Part shown: one piece after another, positions 51,883-61,549 of the stretch
How positions within the stretch are numbered: the stretch's first letter is position 1
Layout of the letters: every line of letters starts with the position of its first letter
Assembly (NCBI GenBank): GCA_964016885.1
Contig: OZ024753.1
Coordinates: forward strand, 26,722,001 to 26,786,000
Reading direction: 5' to 3'
Source: Eledone cirrhosa
Lineage: Eukaryota
DNA length: 64,000 nt
The notes under the pieces: generated by a model
Told to the model about the DNA's origin: nothing
The model's database searches: none
What the model saw: only the letters and a program-made list of their open reading frames with translations
Program-made: the position numbers and the translations under genes

Positions 51883-52922
51883 TACAAACTCACCTGTGGA
51901 TCATTGTTGCCAATACAGACTCTGGTCAGTTTCTTTAGATTCTATATTTGACCATCTTGACTATATTTATGTAGAATTGTTATGAAAGTTATTCCAAAGT
52001 AATACTCTCCATATACTTTAAACCTAGGAATATAGTTTGATAAGTGAACTGAGAGAAAACTAGGCATAAGAAAGATCTAATTCTGATGAAGTGTACTACT
52101 GGTTTAGGCATTAGATGTACAGATGTCTAAAGCAATGCAGAGAAATCTCAGTGGATGGGACCTAGGAAAACATAGGATGGAGTAGTTAAAGCAGACCTTA
52201 GGAATTTGTACTTCATGACACACATAAAAATGGCAAGGATTCATGACATGCAGTACTGGAGAAGACACAACTACCAACATGAAAATATGAGCTGATATAT
52301 ACACATGCTTCCTTTAGGCTTTCCCACCATTCTGATGTTCTTGGTGGAGTGACTTCTAATGTAGAGAACCTGATATGAAGAACTGCCTCAAACTCACTGA
52401 CTGTCCTAGAATCTTGCCTCAAGTGGGACAATTCCCGTCTAAATCCATGCTAACGTGGAAGATAGACGTTAAACGATGATGAACACTAGTGGGTCATATC
52501 CATAGTAGTAGAACACTCAGTCAGGGTGTAGGATGTTTATCCTTGATTTCAGTAATACCAAATGTAAATACAGAATATTATAATGAACATCAAATTACCG
52601 TGAGGGCAACATGAAATCCCAAAACCGGTGTCACAATTTTACATTATTATTCTCAAAACAATGTCGGATATTTTATTTTGAAATTTTATTTATCTTCTAT
52701 CGCTGCACTTTCTGTATTTATAATCGAATAAATAGATTTAAGATTTTAATACTTTAAATATATAAAACTTTCAGCAAGTTCTCTGGTAGGAGTAATGGGT
52801 ATTCATTCTTTCGTAATGAGGTAACAGGTTCAATATCGAGCTGGCGCTGCAGACGTGTATATATATATATATATATATATATAGTAATAATAATAATAAT
52901 AATAATAGTAATAATAATAAAA

Positions 52923-53644
52923 TTGAAGACTAAAATCCAAAGAGGGCTCGATAACTGTAATTGTAGGAATCGGGCTGATTGCCCCCTATCCGGGAAATGC
53001 CTATCTAGTAACATTGTCTACAAATGTAAGGTTGTAACACCCACGTCCCGTAGGGCCTACATAGGGTTAACCGCCAATAGTTTCAAGCAGCGTCTTTACA
53101 TGCATACCCATTCTTTTCGTTACCCTCTAAGAAGGAATATGACGTCACTTTCAGCTTATATCTGGAGTCTAAAAGACAACCACACCCAATATATGTTACA
53201 ATGGGAGATCCTAGCTAGGGCTAGATCGTATTACGGTAATAAAAGACCATGTGACCTCTGCGCCGCTGAGGCCCTGGAAATACTCTACGCCACAGACCAC
53301 ATCTTAAACAAAAAATCTGAGGCAATTTCGGCTTGTAAACATAAATTGCCCAAAACTTTCCTGTATTACAGCCCCACGATATACCCTAACAGATAGCACG
53401 ATCTATACGTGGATATTTACGTCTTGATGCGGGAGCTAAGTCTATGTTTTGTTTATTCCTTTACTTATTTGCAGAGCGAACGTTTCCACAAACCAAAGTA
53501 TCGTCTTCCTGTCTTCCTCCGGCTGCAACGTTTTTTGAAATATCCAGTTCTGTGTTTACAGATTGACTTTGTTAGTTTCAGAAGATCCCGTTAAGGGTGA
53601 AAGCAGCGATTATTTGCTTAAACTTTAATCTGTTATATTAATAA

Positions 53645-53650
<6 letters not shown>
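52923..53650 (+). mobile_element. 5'-truncated PLE (GIY-YIG ORF 52923-53396 plus 3' tail)
   Basis: CNCRNRADCPLSGKC..IVY..YIG..FKQR..H..CDLC..CKH; degenerate hammerhead CAGAAGA tCCC..GGGt GAAA at ~53579; microsatellite flanks. Confidence 0.87.
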
Positions 53651-53678
<28 letters not shown>

Positions 53679-53699
53679 ATTAGAAAGTGAATAACACAA

Positions 53700-54020
53700 A
53701 ATATAACTGCTCCATTACCAAAGTGGTTGATAGCTTCCGATAGCTAGGGAGTACATAGTACCTAGAATAAGGACATGATGGAAGAAGTTTAGGGAGCTGC
53801 TTCCTCAGTTGACAACGAAGGGTTTCTCCATGCAAATGAAAGGTCAGTTGTATGATGCCAGTGTGAGATACGTGATGCTGCATAGTAGTGAGACAGGGGA
53901 AGCAACTGCGGAGGATATGCGAAGGATGGAGAGAAACTAAGCATGCATGCTAGAATGGATGTTCAATGTCAGTGTACGTAAACAACCAAACATGGTATAC
54001 AGAGATAGGCGACAGATACT
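53700..54020 (+). mobile_element. RTE-type LINE remnant
   Basis: WKKFRELL..TTKGFS..KGQLY..MLHSSET..RMER..MLEWM resembles RTE post-RT sequence. Confidence 0.65.
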
Positions 54021-55889
54021 GACAGAAGACAGCATATATGTAGAGAGAGAGGGGGGAATCCTCCCAACCCCTTGTTTCTACAGCTTGATACCCTTCATAC
54101 CCACTCTGCAGCATGTACTGGGTGTTTTTATTGTGTAGATCACCAGCACTAGGGAGGTTGTCATGTTCTTGACACAACCAAAGGGTCCTCCCAATACTTT
54201 GACAAACTTTCTCCGACTGGATGCCCTTCTTAACCTCAACCCCCTGACAATGTGTAGTGGGTGCATTTATCGTGTAGATTACCAACACTAGAAAGGTTGT
54301 TTGTGACTTTGACACAAGTGAAGGGTCCTCTCAACCCTTTTAGGCATGGTTTCTACGACAGGTTACCCTTCCTATCGCCAACTGTCTTATGGAGTGTAGG
54401 GGGTACATTTTCGCAGCACCATCATTGGACAGGTTGTTGGTCAGAGACCCAACTGTAAAGCCCTCTTTGCTCTTGTGAGGGAGATAACTATGAAGTTATG
54501 GGAATTTGGCAGGGCAATGGGTAAAGTGTAGGAGTGGCTTAATAGTGTATGGGGAGAGGGAGAATGTAGTATGTATATATACACACATACTTATCTAAGT
54601 AAGAAAATATATACATATGTATGTGTTTGTGTAGAAAATGTGTGTGTGTGTGCATTTCTACATGTTTGTTTAAAGTTTTTTGTTATATGTGAAATGTAGC
54701 CAAGTGTGATGCATCAATGTTGTATCTGTGTGTGGATAAAGGGAAGTAATAGATGCAGGTTAGAGGAAAAGGGGCAGTGTATATAGGCCATTAGGGGCCT
54801 ATATATATACTTATGGTAAGCATGTTGATTAATCAAGGTGGCATATACAACACACCGATTAGTGAATAATGATGTAATTAGATTGAAGTATTCGAAGTCA
54901 TGTGTTTTCTTCCAAATATAATTTATTGCTTATGTCAAATCCCCTGTGAACTTTAGTTCCACTCTACAGGTATGTGCAGTTGATTGAGCATCTACCACTC
55001 CCACTAGGCAGTTAGAACCATTAAATATCAATTCAAAATTTTTTTGTGAATAGGCATCATATCTTGTCATTTGGCTATGGTTTAAATTTGATATAAATCG
55101 AAGGGAAAAAAGTTTCAGCGGAGGTTTGTGCTTCCGGGGAACCCTAATAGGGGGTTTAACCCCCATTATATATATATTATAATTATAAATTATATTTATA
55201 TATACATATATTATATTTATTTAATTATATATATAATATATATACATATTTATTATATATATATTTATATATAAAATGTATATATATTTAATAAAATATG
55301 TGTATAAATACATATATTTTAAAAAATACATTTATATATATATATATGTATGTATTAATATATATAGTAATTATTTATTATTAATATAAATATATATAAA
55401 ATGGGAAGTAAAAAGAATCATCGAACTCACGATCGTGAAGGCGCAATGGCTTTAAATACTTTGCGCATGCGCATGTGTAATTGGACTAATTCTGTTACGC
55501 AAAAGCAAATGGCCGCTGGAACAATTTCTTTTTTTCCCAACCCGAATGAAAAACGTTAAAACTTGGATTTTACTATTCATAAGGAGATAAAGTAAAGTTT
55601 TATTTTATGTTTAATTCCTTCCATAAACGTCAGCAATAATTATTGAAACGATAGTTTTGTTCAGCTACTGCAACATCTCCACGTAGTGTTGTATTTCAAT
55701 GGTGCTCATTGTTACGTGATAGATTGATCATGCTATATTATCTTATGCAAGAACGTTACGTTTCCAAAACAATCCAGGTTAAAGACGGATATGATGTTGT
55801 CATTGGTTATGTCTCTTCCACTTTACATGTGTGTGTAGTTGATTGTCAATCTGCCACTCCTAGTAAGCAGTTAGAACCATTGAAGTATA

Positions 55890-56560
55890 CCTACATGGCA
55901 CACCAAAACCACCCTCCTCCATAGTTGGTCAATTCCAGGTGAGAGGGTGATTGAAGCAGTTTAAGGACATACTTCTCGTGGTAACCTCTACGGCCAGCTA
56001 CTTCTCGTAGGATCCTCTTGGTCAATGCCAGGTTGGATAGAGACATGAGCACTATAAAGGCGTAAACATCTCGTACGATCCTCTACGGCCAGCTAAACCA
56101 TAATCAGTGCCTACTTAGAGGGCGTAAGCTTCTCATAGGATCCTCTACAGCCAGCTAAACCCTGGTCACTAAAACCACCCTCCTCCACAGTTGGTGAATT
56201 CCAGGTAAGAGGGCGATTGAAGCACTTTAAGGGCGTAAACATCTAGTACGATCATCTAAGGCCAGCTAAACCTTGCTCAATGCAAGGTTAGATGGTGAAA
56301 AAAGCAGTTTAAGGCCGTATACTTCTTGTGGGATCCTCTACGGCCAGCTAAACCATGACCAGTGCCTGTTTATAGGGTGTAAACATCTCGTAGGAACCTC
56401 TACAGCCAGCTAACCCCTGTCAATGTCGTGAGAGGGCGATTGAAGCAGCACTTTAAGGGCGTAAACTTCTCGTACGATAATCTCTGGTCAGTATCAGGTT
56501 AGAGGGTGAAAGAAGCAGTTTTAGAATGCATACTTCCCATAGTATTTCCTACGGCCAGCT
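55890..56560. repeat. Diverged ~60-bp-unit tandem array with larger internal duplication
   Basis: Recurrent GGCGTAAACATCTCGTACGATCCTCTACGGCCAGCTAAACC; AAAACCACCCTCCTCCA..TTCCAGGT block at ~55905 and ~56171. Confidence 0.8.
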
Positions 56561-56879
56561 GAACCCACCTGGAAGAAATCTGGCGGAGCCCAGCCAGGCA
56601 CAAGTTGAAAAACGTTAAATCTGGAATAAATCTGCTGTTCTCAGACTTGGCTGGAGAGGGATGGACTCCGCCAAGCTTTAAAAAATACCAAAGAAACACC
56701 GTATGTCAATACGGCATTCATATCAGGAGTTACAGGATGTCAAAACCATATATATAAATGCTGTACTTAGACACGGGAAGGGACGGGCTCTGCCAGGCTT
56801 TAAAAATACCGTTGCCACTGTCAAAACCGACTTTTACAACCAGCTTTAACAGGTCTTGGGACAATGCTCACCCCATGAC

Positions 56880-57150
56880 ATCAAGATCATCTTGACGGAC
56901 CCAAACGCTCACATCATCATCTGCCTGGTCCACAGAAGAGCTCAACTCGACAATACTGATCATCGGTTGCTGGTTGCGAACGGGCGTGGACACCAAGTCT
57001 GGGTGTGACGTCCTTGTAAACTCAAGACCGCTTCCCAAACGGCCCTGGATTTCACTACGGACACTGGAGATAATTAAACTGTCGCTGCAAGGCTCGCCAG
57101 CGTTGCTCAACAGGATACACCTGAGAACCGCCGGCTCAACAAGAAAGTAA
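56880..57150 (+). mobile_element. Internally deleted APE-type LINE remnant
   Basis: HRRAQLDNTDHRLLVA (end of APE domain) and KRPWISLRTLEII (post-endonuclease linker). Confidence 0.55.
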
Positions 57151-57702
57151 TTCGTTCGGAATACATATTTTTTCATTATATATAATGTATATATTTATAT
57201 GTATATATATATCTTCCTAATAAATGTCGTAAATGTAGCGGTCCTGGCGTCAGTACTAGTGGGTGAAGATGTTCCAGAAAGCCACATAAAATACCTCTTC
57301 ACGTGAACACAATAGCCAAAGTGTGAGAATTATTGACATAAAGTGTGTATTTAATAAAATGTAAGATAGTTCGAGTATAGAGCAAAGAAAACATTACATA
57401 CATGAAGAAAGTAATATCAAAAATGAATTTTTTTCAAAGAACCCGAAGTCAATTAAAAAAAGAGAAGAGTTCCATAAAGAGGAGGTAACTCTAAGTAAAG
57501 GGAAAGCAAAAATAATTGCTCACGCAGTCCAGGACGCAGGCTTGTATATAGCCAGCCTGCAAATAGTTCCGACTGAGCAGGCCGCGATTAGACACATAGT
57601 AAAATTCCTTATTTGCCAAAATAAAAAAGTGAATTCTAAACTTATTTTTTACGAGTCTTGTATTTCTAATTTTGAGTTTTGAAAACTGTTTTTTTTTTTT
57701 AG

Positions 57703-57771
57703 GCTTTGTTCCAACTTCTTGAAACCAATGTAGTTATTAAATGCCATGAACAAGATGTCAGTTTTGTGAAG
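57703..57771 (+). CDS. ATP6V1E: V-type ATPase subunit E internal exon (69 nt)
   Basis: (T)nAG acceptor and AAG|GTGAGT donor; ALFQLLETNVVIKCHEQDVSFVK aligns with vertebrate [23 protein letters not shown] (reference recalled, not searched). Confidence 0.82.
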
Positions 57772-57828
57772 GTGAGTTATGATTGTTTATTTATTGTCAT
57801 AATGTAAATTATAAAGGTAAATATATAT

Positions 57829-58888
57829 ATATAAGTATGTACACGTACATACATATATGTATACCGACGTACAGTAGTATGTATATATATATACATACAT
57901 GCACACATATATATATGCACGTATGGATTCACCGAACATTTATTATAATGCTCGGTGTGCTTGTAAACAAACATCCCGTATTAAGCCGTAGTGTCTAGCA
58001 ACCACCGTTGCTCGTTTGTTCAACACTGACAAAGGAACGCTGTACTAGTTTCAAGCTTGTTAGCTATCGTCAGCAACGTATACCTTCCTGCCAGATTGTT
58101 GAACATATATACTTACCTTATGCATATTAACGGCTGAGTAGCCCAATTTGCATATCGAGTGGGTTAATCGGCCGGGTGCACCGAAAACGATAAACGGAAA
58201 AAATGAAACGATATGTTGAACAAACGAGCAACGGTGGTTGCTAGAAACTACGGCTTAATACGGGATGTTTGTTTACAAGCACACCGAGCATTATAATAAA
58301 TGTTCGGTGAATCCATACGTGCATATATATATGTGTGCATGTATGTATATATATATACATACTACTGTACGTCGGTATACATATATGTATGTACGTGTAC
58401 ATACTTATATTTAAGTAACAGCCGTACTAAGAGTGGGAAATGAAATATCGTTTCATTTTTTCCGTTTATCGTTTTCGGTGCACCCGGCCGATTATCCCTC
58501 TCGATATGCAAATTGGGCTACTCAGCCGTTAATAGGCATAAGGTAAGTATATACGTTCAACAATCTGGCAGGAAGGTATACGTTGCTGACGATAGCTAAC
58601 AAGCTTGAAACTAGTACAGCGTTCCTTTGTCAGTGTTGAACAAACGAGCAACGGTGGTTGCTAGACACTACGGCTTAATACGGGATGTTTGTTTACAAGC
58701 ACACCGAGCATTATAATAAATGTTCGGTGAATCCATATGTGCATATATATATGTGTGCATGTATGTATATATATATACATACTACTGTACATCGGTATAC
58801 ATATATGTATGTATGTGTACATACTTATATTTAAGTAACAGCCGTACTAAGAGTGGGAAATGAAATATCGTTTCATTTTTTCCGTTTA
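57829..58888. mobile_element. ORF-less 420-bp hammerhead-bearing unit: 1.6 tandem copies plus inverted copy (retrozyme / mini-PLE)
   Basis: 58214-58468 repeats 420 bp later; 57829-58213 is the reverse complement of ~58445-58830; (TA)n flanks. Confidence 0.85.
58580..58622 (+). ncRNA. Type I hammerhead (mirror copy 58037-58079, minus)
   Basis: ACGUUG CUGACGA uAGC uaacaa GCUu GAAA CUAG UA CAGCGU; palindromic ACUAGU stem III. Confidence 0.82.
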
Positions 58889-58970
58889 TATATATATCTA
58901 TATATATATATATATATATGTTCAAGTTCTAACTGCCTACTACTTTATTTCTTATTTTAATCTTCTCAAA

Positions 58971-59065
58971 GAAATTTTGCCTCAATGTCAGGAAAACTTC
59001 AAAGCTGCTACAAAGAAAGATGTTAAAATTACTGTCAATACAGATAGTTTTCTAGCCAGCTCTGT
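58971..59065 (+). CDS. ATP6V1E: V-type ATPase subunit E next exon (95 nt); acceptor reads AA not AG
   Basis: EILPQCQENFKAATKKDVKITVNTDSFLASS(V) aligns with [40 protein letters not shown] donor; phase-compatible with the previous exon. Confidence 0.75.
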
Positions 59066-59089
59066 GTAAGTATTATTATATTATATATC

Positions 59090-60092
59090 ACTATAGTTCT
59101 CTAACCACCTCTGTAAATATTACTATATTTCATATTACTATAGTGCTCTAGCCATCTCTGTGTAAGTATAGAAGATTTTCACATTATATATTACTATAGT
59201 TTTCTAGCTATCTCTATGTAAATATTATTATAGTATATATCACTATAGTTCTCTAACCATCTCTGTGTAAATATAGAAGTGTATATTACTCTAGTTTTCT
59301 GGCCAGTTCTGTGTAAGTATTATTATAGTATTTATAACTATAGTTCTCTAGCCATCTCTGTGTAAATATAAAAGTGTATATTACTATAGTTCTCTAGCTA
59401 TCTCTGTGTAAATATAGAAGTGTATATTACTATAGTTCTCTAGCTATCTCTGTGTAAATATAGAAGTGTATATTACTATAGTTCTCTAGCTATCTCTGTG
59501 TAAATATAGAAGTGTATATTACTATAGTTCTCTAGCTATCTGTGTAAATATAGAAGTATATATTACTATAGTTCTCTAGCCACCTCTGTGTAAATATAGA
59601 AGTGTATATTACTATAGTTCTCTAGCCATCTCTGTGTAAATATAGAAGTGTATATTACTATAGTTCTCTAGCCAGCTCTGTGTAAATATAGAAGTGTATA
59701 TTACTATAGTTCTCTAGCCATCTCTGTGTAAATATAGAAGTGTATATTACTATAGTTCTCTAGCCAGCTCTGTGTAAATATAGAAGTGTATATAACTATA
59801 GTTCTCTAGCCACCTCTGTGTAAATATAGAAGTGTATATTACTATAGTTCTCTAGCTATCTCTGTGTAAATATAGAAATGTATATTACTATAGTTCTATA
59901 ACTATCTCTGTGTAAATATAGAAGTGTATATAACTATAGTTCTCTAGCTATCTCTGTGTAAATATAGAAGTGTATATTACTATAGTTCTCTAGCTATCTG
60001 TGTAAATATAGAAGTGTATATTACTATAGTTCTCTAGCCACCTCTGTGTAAATATAGAAGTGTATATTACTATAGTTGTCTAGCTATCTGTG
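59090..60092. repeat. 46-bp tandem satellite, ~22 units
   Basis: TATAGTTCTCTAGCTATCTCTGTGTAAATATAGAAGTGTATATTAC. Confidence 0.96.
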
Positions 60093-60326
60093 TGAAAATA
60101 TCAGTTACATATGTGCTTGAAGATATATCAAATACAAAAGAAATGCTTGAAAAAGCAAAAAAATATGTATCATTTGGCGAAAATGGATCGTTTTCTATCA
60201 ATTCGCCCCCAGAACTAAAAAAAATAGACGGAATTACGAACTGTTGTATTCCGTACAATTGACAACAAAACAAAAAAACCAGCACAACCATCTCAAGCTG
60301 AAATTCAGTTAGTCCTGAAAGAGGCT

Positions 60327-61360
60327 ATGAAAGACATTACTTTCATACAAAAGGATAAACTCTATGGGAGTTTATCTATATTGATGAAAGACGAATTGGC
60401 GGCGAAAAAATACTCTGTGTCGCCAATTCGTTCCAGACATTACACATTTTTCCCCACCTACATGGGTAAAAAAACCCAAAGAATATGGATAACCACCATC
60501 ACCCCAAACATAAACTACTGGTGGTTACTAACCGGTTTCCTCAACTTAGATGAGGACAACCTCATATCAATAGGGAAGGCATCCGGCGACGCGTTCAGTG
60601 GAACGAGCATTGAAGTTCTGACCCAAATAAGGCCAGAACGTATGGCCCAAATCCCTGAGCGCGTCATGCTGGATGACCGTACCCACCTCAATATTATTGT
60701 GGAGGGTAGGCGTCCCTCCTGTTACCTCTGTGGCAATAGAGGTCACCTGAGGGCTGCCTGTCCCCAGCTCACACAGAAAAAAACATTGCTACCAACACCC
60801 CAACAACAACAAATACCAACAACACCAACACCACCACAACAACAACATCAAACACGTGAAAAAACAACACAGAACACTGTCCCACCCACACCCTCCCCAC
60901 CCAAAACAAATACGAAAACACACACACACCGCAAACACTACCAGAAAACATACCCCTCCCACCCAACAAGGAAGACGAACCCCTTTCGTCGCAAGACGAA
61001 AAAGATCCCTTCCAAACAGTAAAAAGAAAGAAGAGGAGGCGCACCACAGACACACTTGTTAACATTAACCCTCCCCAAGAGAACACAAACTATATACAAA
61101 CCACCCCTCCCCGTCACACCACACTAACTGCTACGCAAAAAAAAACTTTACAATATACATACATGAACTCAAACAACAAAGAACTAATGAACACAATTTC
61201 GTCAAACCCTTCGGTCCAAACTGAAGGGCCTAACTTTATAACTGCTGTGGGACTCCCTCATTTACAAATGATTAAAGTCCCAATGAACTTATATAAAATG
61301 TTGAAAATAAATTTCACGGAGGACGTGATTGCGCCAAGCCAATCAACCGCGTCCTCCTAA
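60327..61360 (+). pseudogene. LINE ORF1-like (zinc knuckle), frameshifted
   Basis: VEGRRPSCYLCGNRGHLRAACP CCHC knuckle then a P/T/Q-rich tail; broken into 60327-61022 and 61163-61360; coding-like sequence may extend to ~60110. Confidence 0.7.
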
Positions 61361-61549
61361 AAAATTTCACCCCCCACCCCACCCAGACACCCACTCAACC
61401 ACAAACACCCAACCCCACAACACACTGATGCCCCTTCACTTCCACAAACCACCACCCCACCCAACAACCCATCCCCAACCAGCATGGAAATTGAGCGGCC
61501 CGTTTCCCGGGACGCAGAGAGGTAAGTGCCTTTTCTCCTTACCACCAAC

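Noticed and set aside
52595-52640. Additional hammerhead-like string
   Set aside because: Both core boxes are mutated (CCGTGA, AAAA); too degenerate to call.
56868-57176. 102-aa minus-strand ORF
   Set aside because: Antisense to a LINE endonuclease remnant.
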